Assembly (NCBI RefSeq): GCF_006345805.1
Contig: NC_043023.1
Coordinates: 7,440,001 to 7,504,000 of the forward strand
Reading direction: 5' to 3'
From: Octopus sinensis
Taxonomy: Eukaryota
DNA length: 64,000 bases
Part shown: piece after piece, positions 21,793 through 34,892 of the stretch
Numbering within the stretch: the stretch's first letter is position 1
Layout of the letters: the number at the start of each line of letters is the position of its first letter
The notes under the pieces: model-generated
Databases searched by the model: none
What the model was told of the DNA's origin: nothing
Seen by the model: the letters and a program-made list of their open reading frames with translations, nothing else
Program-made: the position numbers and the translations under genes

Positions 21793-23343
21793 ATCATCAT
21801 CATCATCACCATCGTTTAACGTCCGTTCTCCATGCTAGCATGGGTTGGACGGTTCGACCGGGGATCTGGAAAGCCAGAAGGCTGCACCAGGCTCCGGTCT
21901 TATCTGGCAATGTTTCTACAGCTGGATGCCCTTCCTAACGCCAACCACTCCGTGAGTGTAGTGGGTGCTTTTTACGTGCCACCTGCACTGGTGCCAGGCG
22001 AGGCTGGCATCAGCCACGGTCGGATTGGTGCATTTTACGTGCCACCTGCACGGAAGCCAGTCGAGGCGGCACTGGCTTCGGCCACGATTCAGATGGTGCT
22101 TTTTACGTGCCACCGACACGGAAGCCAGTCGAGCGGCGCTGGCATCGGCCACGATTCGGATAGTGCTTTTCACGTATCTCCAGTCCAGGGGTCCTGGCAT
22201 CTGCCGGGTGCCAGTCATAGGATTGGTTCAATTTCGATTCCGATTTCACTTGCACCAACAGGTCTTCGCAAGCAAAGGGGGGTAGGCATAGGTGCCTGTC
22301 GTCGGATGAGGTTTGATATCGACTTCGCTTGCCTCAACAGGTCTTTGTGTGTCCAAAGGGAGGAAAGGCATGCATAAGTGGGCTGGACTCACTTGTCCTG
22401 CCGGGTCTTCTCACGCACAGCATATTTCCAAAGGTCTCGGTCGCTGGTCATTTCCTCAGTGAGACCTAAAGTTCGAAGGTCGTGCTTCACCACCTCGTCC
22501 CAAGTTTTCTGGGGTCTACCTCTTCCACGGGTTCCCTCCACTGTTAGGGATTGGCACTTTTTAACACACCTATCTTCATCCATTTCGCCAATGACCATAC
22601 CAGCACAATCGTCTCTCTTGCACACCACAACTGATGCTCCTTAGGTCCAACATTTCTCTCAGGGTACTAACGCTCTGTCGAGCATGCACACTGACATTAC
22701 ACATCCTCGGAGAATACTGGCTTCATTTCTCGCGAGCTTACGCATGTCCTCAGCAGTCACGGCCCATGTTTCACTGCCATGTAGCATGGCTGTTCGTACA
22801 CATGCATCATACAGTCTGCCTTTTACTCTGAGCAAGAGGCTTTAGTCCCAGCAGAGGTAAGAGCTCCCTAAACTTTGCCCAGGCTATTCTTACTCTAGCC
22901 GTTACACTTTCAGCACACCCACCCCCACTACTGATTGGTCACCAAGATAACGGAAGCTATCAACTACTTCTAGTTTTTTCCCCCTGGAAAGTGATGGAAG
23001 TTGTTTTCTGCAGATTTTTAGAGGTTAATGCTCCGAGCATCTGCCTCATACAAAAACCATCTTCCCAGTTAGCCTTCCTATGATATTGCTGCACCTCTTA
23101 TGTGTCCATAGCTTACACTTGGTGCATCTATAGAGTTTCTATCTACACCTTTTCAACAGATCGAGCAGGGCCATCTACCTGAAGGCGTTTGTGATTTGTC
23201 TACCTTCCTACTGATTACGACTTTGGGTTTAGCTAGATTAACTCTAAGGCCCTTCGATTCTAAACCTTGCTTCCACACCTGAAACTTCTTCTCCAGTTTT
23301 GATAGTGACTCAGCAATTAGAGCAAGGTCATCAGCATAGACCT
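21793..23343 (-). mobile_element. RTE-clade LINE, RT C-half through 3' UTR
   Basis: YADDLALIAES RT motif, GRGRPQKTW, (GAT)n tail. Confidence 0.9.
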
Positions 23344-23395
23344 GATGACCTATCATCATCATCATCTCATCATCATCATCATGATAGGTCATCAG

Positions 23396-23436
<41 letters not shown>

Positions 23437-23439
23437 CAT

Positions 23440-24120
23440 GTATGGGATGAGGTGGTCAAGCATGACCTCCGAACGTTGGGCCTCACAGAGACAATGACAA
23501 AAGACCGAGATCTCTGGAAATGTGCTGTGACTGCAAAGACCCAACAAATAACGTTGAGTTCATGGCTGTTTCCTGCACCAGCTCCACATAGAAGCCCCAG
23601 CCCATCCAAAGTGCCTTGGATCGCAGAACGGCCTGCTGTGCTTACCTAGGATCGTAGAGCGACCTGCTGTGCTTGAGGAGACCTACTGAGTCAAGTACAT
23701 CAACATTAAAATAAAAATCAAATGGAAATTGTAGTTGTGATACCTACGCCGGTTGCACGTAAAAAGCACCAACCAATTGTGGCCGCTACCAGCCTCCCCT
23801 GGCACCTGTGCTGGTGGCATGTAAAAAGCACCATCTGAACATGGCTGATGCCAGCACCACCTTGACTGGCTTCTGTGCCGATGGCACGTAAAAAGTACCA
23901 ATCTGATCGTGGCTGTTGCCAGCCTCCCCTGGCACCTATGCTGGTGGCATGTAAAAGCACCCACTACACTCACGGAGTGGCTGGTGTTAGGAAGGGCATC
24001 CAGCTGTAGAAACACTGCCAGATCAGACTAGAGCCTGGTGCAGCCTCTTGGCTTCCCAGACCCCGGTTGAACCATCCAACCCATGCTAGCGTGGAAAGCG
24101 GACGTTAAACGATGATGATA
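23440..24120 (+). mobile_element. RTE-clade LINE 3' fragment
   Basis: WDEVVKHDLRTLGLTE peptide and the same 3' UTR and tail. Confidence 0.85.
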
Positions 24121-24911
24121 TATCTGTGTGTGTGGGGGGGGGGTGAGTATGTATATGGCCTGACTGCTGCTTGCACAACACTTTATTTTCCTGTCTCCTG
24201 ACTTCTATCTATATTTGTTGCCGCACGGAATTTGGTCCGTGAACAGGTCGCGGTCTCAAAGCAACGAAAATATTTTGACAAATTAAACTTAAATGTTGAA
24301 GTGAATCGAATGGCTTTTGTGTGTTTCTTAAATGGTTTATAAACACCTTCCACACTGCAATTGTTTTCGTTCCAACACACGAACTCAGATCGAGTCACTC
24401 GCTATGCGAGTACATCTCCGTAACATATATATATATATATATAGCATGGAATTTTGTCAGTGAATAGGTCACGGTCCCAAAGCAACAAAAATATTTTGAC
24501 AAATCAAATTTAAATGTTGAAGTGAATCTAATGGTTTTTGTGTGTTTCTTAAATATATGAGTGTATATATATATATTTTCATTTATTTAAATGTTATAAA
24601 TAGATGAGTGTATTTTTGCCTTGTTAACAACTAATTTTATTAATATTATCTATAGTCGTAGGAGTGGCTGTGTGGTAAGTAGCTTGCTTACCAATCACAT
24701 GGTTCTAGGTTCAGTCTCACTGCGTGGCACCTTAGGCAGGTGTCTTCTACTATAGATGAGAGTTTTTTGCCTTGTTAACAACTAACACACGTTGTTTTAT
24801 ACCATTTATTCTTTTGAATAGTATCAGTGGAATTTTTGAAATATGTGTCAAAAGTAAAAGTATTTGATTTATACCTCCATTTATTTATTTATATATTTTT
24901 ATTTATTTATG

Positions 24912-25213
24912 CACCCTTTTCAAGATTAGCCAGGCTCATGGGCCCGGTTTCCCAGTTTCTATGGTGTATGTGTTCCCCCCCAGCTGGATGGGGCTCCAGT
25001 CCATCGCAGAGTTACTCAAGAAACAGGTAGAAAGAGTGAGAGAAAGTTGGAGCGAAAGAGTACAGCAGGGGGTCGCCACCACCCCCTGCCAGAGCTTTGT
25101 GGAGCTTTAGGTGTTTTCACTCAATAAACACACACAACAACCGGTCTGGGAATCGAAACTGCGATCTTCCGACCGCGAGTCCGCTGCCCTAACCACTGGG
25201 CCATTGCGCCTCC
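24912..25213 (-). mobile_element. tRNA-derived SINE (gtggaggcgcaatggcccagtggttaggg head)
   Basis: A/B-box head; related copies at ~50510-50890 (+) and ~55170-55360 (-). Confidence 0.8.
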
Positions 25214-25454
25214 ACATATGTGCGTGTGTGTGTTTGTGTGTGTGAGTGAGGATATACATGGGCATGTATGCACCTATATGTACGTGTATATGTGTATTTA
25301 ATTATATATATTTTTTCTATTTGTTTCAGCCAAGTGGCCCCGGTCATGCTGGAGCACCACCATATGTGTATATTTATGTGTGTATGTATATACACACACA
25401 CACATGCATATATACATATATGTGTTTATGTATATAAATACACACACACATATT

Positions 25455-25494
<40 letters not shown>

Positions 25495-25811
25495 TATACA
25501 TACATATGTGTATATATATATGTATGTAGATGTATGTGTGTGTATATATATATATGGTATATAATTTTAAAATGGGATAAAATCTTTATAAGAATTTATC
25601 AAGTAGCTAGCATGAAAAACCTCATAAGAGAAAAAAAATCCATCATTTTCACTTAAATATATTCATATATATTATATAGAGGGCTACTATACATAAATGC
25701 CACACACTAGGAGGGACTCTTAAAGTCAAAACTACCAAAATGAATAAACACATCATATGTTTATTTATTTTGGTATAGTAATGCCCTCTATATATTGTAT
25801 ATATTATATAT

Positions 25812-25860
<49 letters not shown>

Positions 25861-25881
25861 ATATATATAGTATATAAATAA

Positions 25882-25918
<37 letters not shown>

Positions 25919-26450
25919 AATATATATATGTATATATATATATTATATATAATATATATATATATATATATATTACACACATATATGTATGTATATATAT
26001 ACACATATATTGACACAAATGTCTGTGGTATATAGTATAATATATTTATCTGGCATCAGGTAAGATGTGGAGTCAATAGAAAAAAAGGTTTAAAACAGGT
26101 AAACGGTGAAGCCACTCACCTGGAATATCTTGTGTAGGATTGCTGAACTATCACTGCTGCTGCCACCACCACCACCACCGTCACCACCACTACAGTTCCT
26201 ATATGCTCTTCTTCCTCTCTTTTTTGTTATTCACCACCACCACCATCACCACCACCACCACCACCGCCACCTTCACCACCACAGTGCTGATACTAAAACT
26301 ATCAACAAGCCACAGAAAGAGACCTCTGTGTGTTCCTTAGACATGCTAGAAATAGCAGCCAAATCCCCCCTCAAACCAAGTGTTACTATTGTAAAATATA
26401 AAAAACCAATACATGAGATTATGTAGTTTATAGATACAACAACTTTGTGT

Positions 26451-26763
26451 ATCAAAAAGTGTGACATTGACTTCACTAACTGGGAGGAAACGGCAAAAAA
26501 CAGACCACTCTGGAAAACCACCATCCATGAGGGAACGGCAAATTTCGAGTCGAAAAGGTCTGCAGAGCTGGAGGAGAAAAGACGACGACGGAAGGAGCGC
26601 CAACAACAACCACGTACAACTCTCCCTTCCGGCACTAGATGTCCGCACTACGACCGATCTTTTCAAGCAAGAATTGGTCTTATCGGTCACCTACGGACCC
26701 ATCAGTAAATTTGCGTGAAGACCATCATCCTCGACCTTGAGGGATTGCCATAGTAGTAGTAGT
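26451..26763 (+). mobile_element. RTE-BovB-like LINE 3' end
   Basis: WEETAKNRPLWKTTIHEG...RCPHYDRSFQARIGLIGHLRTHQ*, followed by a (TAG)n tail. Confidence 0.85.
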
Positions 26764-26847
26764 ACAACAACTTTGACCATGGGTCAGCAGGATCAAGACA
26801 GACCTAGTGTTAAACAACAAATATAGCCAATAGTACATTACACTTTT

Positions 26848-27252
26848 ACTCTTTTACTTGTTTCAGTCAATTGACTGTGGCCATGCTGGAGCACCGCCTT
26901 TAGTTGAGCAAAGCAACCCCAGGACTCATTCTTTGTAAGCCTAGTACTTATTCTATCGGTCTCTTTTTCCAAATCGCTAAACTGCAGGGATGTAAACATA
27001 CCAACATCGGTTGTCAAGCGATGATGGCAGGGACATCCACAGACACGCAAACATATACATACATATATATATGTGTATATATATATATATATATATGCCC
27101 ATGTTTCCGTCTACCAAATCCACTCACAAGGTTTTGGTCAGCCCTAGGCTATAGTAGAAGACACTTGACCAAGATTCCACGCAGTGGGACTGAACCCAGA
27201 AGCATGTGATTGGTAAGCAAGCTACTTACCACACAGCCACTCCTGCACCTAT
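26848..27252 (-). mobile_element. SINE family A
   Basis: Full-length reverse copy. Confidence 0.85.
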
Positions 27253-27649
27253 ATTTGAACATAGTCAGAGCTGGAAGATCTTTGAATCGTAGGTCTACAG
27301 GAGCAGAACTGTCCTGGGGTTAAATAGCAACTACAAAACTATAGCCAATAATACAAACTATACATTAGATAAGGTAGTCCAAGATACACTATGTCTAGAT
27401 AAATGATGGGATGGTCACAGCTGGAACGTCTTTGATAATAGGTCTACTGGATCAGGACTGACTTGGGGTTAAAAAACAATAACTATAGCTACTGACTTTA
27501 ATTATTCTACCATACATTAGATAGTGTAGTCTGAGATACACTGTGCAGGAATAAAAGATGAGTTGGTCACAGCTGTAATGTCTTTGATCATAGCTCTGCT
27601 GAATCCTGACCAGCCTGGAGTTAAACAGCTACAAAATTAAATAGTATGC

Positions 27650-28625
27650 CCTCTCGTAACACCACCATCACCAGCACTTCCCCAATAACCATTCTAATCA
27701 CCACTACTACCACTACTACCACCACCACTTCTACGACCACCACCATCACCTCTATCACCACCACTACCACCACTACTACTCCCACCACCACCACCAGCAC
27801 TACCTCCACTATCACCACCACCACCACCACCACCACCACCACCACCACCACCTCTACCACAACCACCACCACTACCTCTCCCACCACCTCTACCACAACC
27901 ACCACCACCACCTCTGCTACTACCACCACCTCTACAATCACTTCTACCACCACCACCACCCCTACCACCACCACCACCCCTACCACCACCACCACCCCTA
28001 CCACCACCACCTCTACCACCACCTCTACAATCACTTCTACCACCACCACCACCACTACCACCACCACCACCACCCCTACCACCACCACCTCTGCCACTAC
28101 CACCACCTCTACAATCACTTCTACCACCACCACCACCCCTACCACCACCACCCTACCACCACCACCCCTGCACACACTACCCCCACCACCTCTACAATCA
28201 CTTCTACCAACACACCACAACCCCTACCACCACCACCACCACTACACACCACAACTGCCATCCCCCCATCACCCCCCCACCACCACCACCACAATCACCA
28301 TGCCACTTCCCCACCCACACCACCCCTACCACCACCACCCACCCCTCCACCACCACCACCACCACTACCACCACCACCACCCCTACCACCACCACTCTGC
28401 CACTACCACCACCTCTACAATCACTTCTACCCCACCACCACCCCTACCACCACCACCTCTGCCACTACCACCACCTCTACAATCACTTCTACCACCACCA
28501 CCACCACCACCCCTACCACCACCACCACCACTACCACCACCACCTCTGCCACCATCACCCCCACCACCACCACCACAATCACCAATGCCACTTCCACCCA
28601 CCACCTCTTCCTCCACCACCAACCA
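27650..28625. repeat. (ACC)n-rich trinucleotide array
   Basis: Direct reading; source of the poly-T/P/H/V ORFs. Confidence 0.95.
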
Positions 28626-28674
28626 AAGTGAAAATTGATATTGTTAACAAATGTTTATCAGAACCTCTGAGATG

Positions 28675-28705
<31 letters not shown>

Positions 28706-28769
28706 TTGTGCACAAATATGTATGTGAGCATGTTTATGTGTATGCTTATATGTGTATGTATACATATCG

Positions 28770-29180
28770 GCGGAGGAGTGGCTGTGTGGTAAGTAGCTTG
28801 CTTACCAACCACATGGTTCCGGGTTCAGTCCCACTGCATGGCACCTTGGGCAAGTGCCTTCTACTATAGTCTCGGGCCAACCAAAGCCTTGTGAATGGAT
28901 TTTGTAGACGGAAACTGAAAGAAGCCTATCGTATATATATGTATATATATGTGTGTGTGTGTGTATATATGTTTCTGTGTCTGTGTTTGTCCCCCCCAAC
29001 ATCGCTTGACAACCGATGGTGGTATGTTTACGTCCCCTTAACTTAGCGGTTCAGCAAAAGAGACCGATAGAATAAGTACTAGGCTTACAAAGAATAAGTC
29101 CTGGGGTCGATTTGCTCGACTAAAGGTAGTGCTCCAGCATGGCCAGTCAAATGACTGAAACAAGTAAAATAGTAAAAGAG
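28770..29180 (+). mobile_element. SINE family A
   Basis: Full-length copy. Confidence 0.9.
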
Positions 29181-29182
29181 TA

Positions 29183-29981
29183 CAGTAAATCTTCAAGTAT
29201 AATCCGCATTTTTTCCCCAAAATTTAAAGGTCAAAATCCCTAGTGCGTATTATACACGAGGTTAAAAATGAAAAACATTTTCTAAGCAATGTCTGAATCT
29301 CTATTTGATGTTCGGCAATGTTTATTCAGATGCATTTTGTGATGTTAGGCACGAAAATATCTTAAGCTAAGCATGAAAGCAATGAAGTCATAAAAGAATC
29401 ATCCATAACTTGCAGTAAGCAACATTTGTTAAAATAAATAACATGTAACAAAAACAATTTGCAAACATATTTACATTCCCATATAACAGTTAAGAACATC
29501 ACCATTATTGTATTACGCATGGGCGGAAGTGTTTGTTCGACTAGGTGCTGCTGGCTTAATTACACATGACTCAAGTTAGAGAAGGGATGCGTATTATACA
29601 CAAGGTTTAGGTTTTTCAGAGGTACAGCCCCCTAAAAATCCCTTAAGCTAAGCCTGAAAGCAATGAAGTCATAAAATAATCATCCATAACTTGCAGTAAA
29701 CAACATTTATTAAAATTAAAATATTCTAAACACAGAATATATAACAAAAACAATTTGCAGACATATTTACATTCCCATATAACAGTTAAGAACATCACCA
29801 TTATTGTATTATGCATGTACGGAAGTGTCTGTTCAACTTGGTGCTGCAGGCTTAATTATGCATGACTCAAGTTAGAGAAGGGGTGTGTATTATACACAAG
29901 GTTTAGGTTTTTTAGAGGTACAGCCCCCTAAAATCCCCTGCATATTATATTCAAGGGTGGACTATACTCGAGGATTTACCG
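29183..29981. mobile_element. Tc2/pogo-like MITE with an internal ~280-bp tandem duplication
   Basis: Same TIRs as 6916-7427, opposite orientation, TA flanks. Confidence 0.8.
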
Positions 29982-30039
29982 TATGAGTTCTTATAGTGAT
30001 GCAAAGTCTACATTTTTTTATGCCTCAATAACGTTCGTG

Positions 30040-30835
30040 GCACCTTGGGTATGTGTCTTCTACTATAGCCTTGGCTGACCAAAGCCTTGTGAGTGGATTT
30101 GGTAGACGGAAACTGAAAGGAAGCCCATCGTATATATGTATATATATATATATATATATGTTTGTGTGTCTGTGTTTGTCCCCCCAACATCGCTTGACAA
30201 CTGATGCTGGTGTGTTTATGTCCCTGTAACTTAGCAGTTCAGCAAAAGAGACTGATAGCATAAGTACTAGGCTTACAAAGAATAAGTCCTGGGGTTGATT
30301 TGCTCGACTAAAGGCGGAGCTCCAGCATGGCCGCTGTCAAATGACTGAAACAAGTAAAAGAGATATATATATAAGTACAGGTGCAGGAGTGGCTGTGTGG
30401 TAAGTAGCTTGCTTACCAACCACATGGTTCCGGGTTCAGTCCCACTGCGTGGCACCTTAGGCAAGTGTCTTCTACTGTAGCCTCAGGCCGACCAAAGCCT
30501 TGTGAGTGGATTTGGTAGGCGGAAACTGAAAGAAGCCCGTCGAATATATGTATATATATATATAATATATATATAATATATATATATATATAATATTATA
30601 TATATATATATATATATGTGTGTGTATGTGTTTGTGTGTCTGTGTTGTCCCCATCATCGCTTGACAACCGATGCTGGTGTTTTACGTCCCCGTAACTTAG
30701 CGGTTCGGCAAAAGAGACCGATAGAATAAGTACTAGGCTTACAAAAGAATAAGTCCTGGGGTCAATTTGATTCGACTAAAGGCAGTGCTCCAGCATGGCC
30801 ACAGTCAAATGACTGAAACAAGTAAAGAGTAAAAG
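30040..30835 (+). mobile_element. Two adjacent SINE family A copies
   Basis: 5'-truncated copy to ~30360, then a full copy from ~30378. Confidence 0.85.
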
Positions 30836-30935
30836 ATATATATATATATATATATGCACACAAACATACACACGTATATTGCACATAGAGATGAATGTAG
30901 ATGGATTTATAACAGGCCTTTCAGTTCCTCTAGAT

Positions 30936-31347
30936 CAGTGCTTTTCAAACTTTTTGCTGGAGCGGAACCCCAAGGAAACATTTCACTGGCTCGAGGAACC
31001 CCTGTGCAGAAACGTTAGCACGCTGGCGAAATGCGTAGCCGTATTTCGACTGCCGTTGCGTTCTGGGTTCAAATTCCGCGAGGTCGCTTTGCCTTTCATC
31101 TTTCGGGGTCGATAAATTAAGTACCAGTTACGCACTGGGTCGATAATAATCGACTTAATCCGTTTGTCCGTCCTTGTTAGTCCATTCTTGTTTAGCCCCT
31201 TGGGGTAGTAAAGGAATAAATAATTTAATAGTCTTATGCACACATATCTGCTCAGGAGAATTAAAAATTACTGCCGATTTTAGCAGTTTTGTAACTTCTT
31301 GCGGAACCCTTGGATTGTACTGGCAGAACCCTGGTTGAAAACCACTG
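30936..31347. mobile_element. hAT MITE interrupted by SINE family B (~31009-31220)
   Basis: TIRs CAGTGCTTTTCAAAC / GGTTGAAAACCACTG; 8-bp TSD CTCTAGAT. Confidence 0.9.
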
Positions 31348-31699
31348 CTCTAGATATATGTAGCTAAGAATTAAGGGCCCAATTTTTGCATTACGTATTT
31401 GAGTGTGTGTGTAGACAAGAATTAATGTGTTTATCAGTACGTATATGTATGCAGACGAAAGCTGCATCTGCTCATATAAACACATAATTTAAATACAATC
31501 ACAGCTAATACACAGATACGTAAATTCACTTATCTGTATACACACACACAGATGCATTCACACACTCACACACAATCAATGAAATTTTTGGATTGTTATC
31601 AATCTGTTATTATTATCAAGATGGTAGAACTCAGCCTTTTTCATTGCTAAACGTTATCAGCCAGTTATTTAAAAAAAATACTTGATTCTTAAGAAATGA

Positions 31700-31737
<38 letters not shown>

Positions 31738-31814
31738 CAATCATTTAATAAAAACAGGAGCTATATGTGAACTGCTGCAAGTTTCAGGAATAGAAAGTGC
31801 AGTAATTAGACAGT

Positions 31815-32169
31815 GTGTGTGATGTGGTGTCTGTGTGATGTGGTGTGTGTGTGTGTGTGATGTGGTGTGTGTGTGTGATGTGGTGTGTGTGTGTGATGTG
31901 GTGGTGTGTGTGTGTGTGATGTGGTGTGTGTGTGTGATGTGGTGTGTCTGTGTGATGTGGTGTGTGTGTGTATGTGTGATGTGGTGTGTGTGTGTGTGAT
32001 GTGGTGTGTGTGTGTGATGTGGTGTGTGTGTGTGTGTGTGTGATGTGGTGTGTGTGTGTGATGTGGTGTGTGTGTGTGATGTGGTGTATGTGTGTGTATG
32101 GTGTGTATGTGTGATGTGGTGTGTGTGTGTGACGAGGTGTGTGTGTGTGACGTGGTGTGTGATGTGTGG

Positions 32170-32200
<31 letters not shown>

Positions 32201-32231
32201 ATGTGGTGTGTGATGTGGTGTGTGTGTGGTA

Positions 32232-32262
<31 letters not shown>

Positions 32263-32275
32263 CTGTGTGTGTGTA
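31815..32275. repeat. (GT)n / GTGTGATGTG minisatellite
   Basis: Direct reading. Confidence 0.95.
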
Positions 32276-32563
32276 TCATTTAATAAAAACAGGAGCCGTA
32301 TGTGAACTGCTACAAGTTTCATGCACATAAAGTGCAGTAATCAGACAGGCCTGCTTAGAATACCATACACTATCCTGCAATCATTTAAACCCAATAAATA
32401 TTGCCACTCCCCAAGAAAATAAGGGAATAATACATGAAAATGACTGAAGGGGGGGGTGAGAGTGTTATGTTCTTTTGATTGATTAGAAGCAGAATAGTAT
32501 TAAAATTTAGGGTTTACTTGAGAAAGAAACAATATTTTATAACAAAACTGTAAAGTGTATTAA

Positions 32564-33279
32564 CCCTTTCCTTACTGTATTTCTGCTGAGATGTTCTGTG
32601 TTTCTTTCAATTACTTTAAATATAACAAAGAATTTAGTAAAATAACTTAGCTATCATTAAGCTGGTGTTAGGAACACAAATTGTGACTAAGGTTTGGTGG
32701 AAGATTTTAATTCAAAACTTATGAAAACAAGACATTTGTACTACACAGCCAGAGGTGGTTTCAGTCAGATTTGTATCAGAAGGGTTTAAAATATCATGGT
32801 GACTTTAACCCTTTTGTTACCATATTTCTGTCAAGATACTCTGTGTTTGTTTCCATTAATTTTAAATATAACAAAGAATTTAGTAAAATAACTTAGTTAT
32901 CATTAAGCTAGTGTTAGGAACATAAATTGTGACTGAGGTTTGGTAGAAGATTTTAATTCAAAACTTATGAAAACAAGACATTTGTACTCAAAGCCAGAAC
33001 CAGTTTCAGCAGGGTTGGTACCAAAAGGGTTAAGAATTGTTTCTCTATTATATATATTAAGCCTTTTGTTATCATATTCTGTCAAGATGCTCCCTGTTTC
33101 TTTCAATTACTTTAAATATAACAAAGAATTTAGTAAAATAACTTAGTCATCATTCAGCTAGTGTTAGGAACATAGATTGTGACTAAGGTTTGGTCTAAGA
33201 TTTTCATTCAAAACTTGCAAAAACAAGACATTTGTACTCAGAGCCAGAGCCAGTTTCAGCCATGTTGGTAACGAAAGGG
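32564..33279. mobile_element. Three tandem ~220-bp piggyBac-like MITEs
   Basis: TTAA|CCCTTTTGTTACCA ... TGGTACCAAAAGGG|TTAA; copies 32564-32784, 32809-33029, 33061-33279. Confidence 0.75.
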
Positions 33280-33644
33280 TTACACTGTCTTTGAATCAGA
33301 CAGCAAAGATTATCCAGTTCAACAATAGAAACTTGTCAAGATACATACCTGTTACCTGATTTTCAGTTTAGAAGGTTGGTGTAGTTCTTCAACCTTTTAG
33401 CATTCGCATTATTTTTGCCAAGAGTAATGCTTCTTTATTCACATTGTTTTAACTTAATCATGCATTATCTTGTAGCCTTGAGATTTTGATGAGGCTACTC
33501 TTAATTTTTTAGAATGGCATTGTAGGGTAGGTGTGATATGCCAGATCTGTCCAGATTGAAGATAAAACAGGTAGAGTATTTTGGCCAGATATGGCCGGTT
33601 TAAGTACCAAAGAGTTAATCTAATAAGGATGTGTTGTTTCAGCT

Positions 33645-34062
33645 CTCTTTTACTTGTTTCAGTCGTTTGACTGCGGCCATGCTGGAGCACCGCCTTCAGT
33701 CGAGCAAATCGACCCCGGGACTTATTCCTTGTAAGCCTAGTACTTATTCTATCGGTCTCTCTTTTGCTGAACCGCTAAGTTACGGGGACGTAAACACACT
33801 AGCATCGGTTGTCTAGCGATGTTGGAGGGGGACAAGCACAGACACACAAACATATACATACACATACATATATATATATATATATACATATATACAACTG
33901 GCTTCTTTCAGTTTCCGTCTACCAATTCCATTCACAAGACTTTGGTCAGCCCAAGGCTATAGTGGAAGACACTTGCCCAAAGTGCCATGCAGTGGGACTG
34001 AACCCAGAACCATGTGGTTGGTAAGCAAGGTACTTACCACACAGCCACTCCTGCACCTATAT
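33645..34062 (-). mobile_element. SINE family A
   Basis: Full-length reverse copy. Confidence 0.9.
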
Positions 34063-34413
34063 TTGAACAACAACAACAACAACAACAGCAACAACAACAA
34101 CAATGTAACCATTAAAATAGTTCTCTTTATTGAGTTTTATTGAATTCTCTGACAGAAGACATCTGATTTGTGTTGATTCCGGAAGGAACTAAAAGGAGTA
34201 GATCAATATGGGGTGGTGGAAGGGTGGGGTATAATTGGGAGATGCGTAGAGAAATTGGGTGGATGGGGGAGGGGTCAGTGAGGTCAGTGTAGCTAAGTGG
34301 AGTGGTAAAAGATTAATGTATATACACACACACATACACACACTCACACACATACACTCACACACACACACTCACATACATACACTCACACACACACACA
34401 CATATATACACAC

Positions 34414-34479
<66 letters not shown>

Positions 34480-34658
34480 AACAACACTGAGGTGAGAACC
34501 TGAAGATTAGCTAAGCTGGTTTTGTGTTTGTTACAAATTATGTAACAAGCTTCATTTTGATAAGAAACAATTGTAGTCCATGCTTTACCTGTTCCTCTCC
34601 TCACTCTTTGGATATATATACATAAATATACATACATACACACACACACACACACATT

Positions 34659-34718
<60 letters not shown>

Positions 34719-34892
34719 AACAACACTGAGGTGAGAACCTGAAGATTAGCTAAGCTGGTTTTGTGTTTGTTACAAATTATGTAACAAGCTTCATTTTGAT
34801 AAGAAACAATTGTAGTCCATGCTTTACCTGTTCCTCTCCTCACTCTTTGGATATATATACATAAATATACATACATACACACACACACACAC

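Noticed and set aside
27621-28638. Mucin- or extensin-like Thr/Pro ORF (330 aa)
   Set aside because: Pure (ACC)n repeat open in several frames on both strands, with no signal peptide or splice support.
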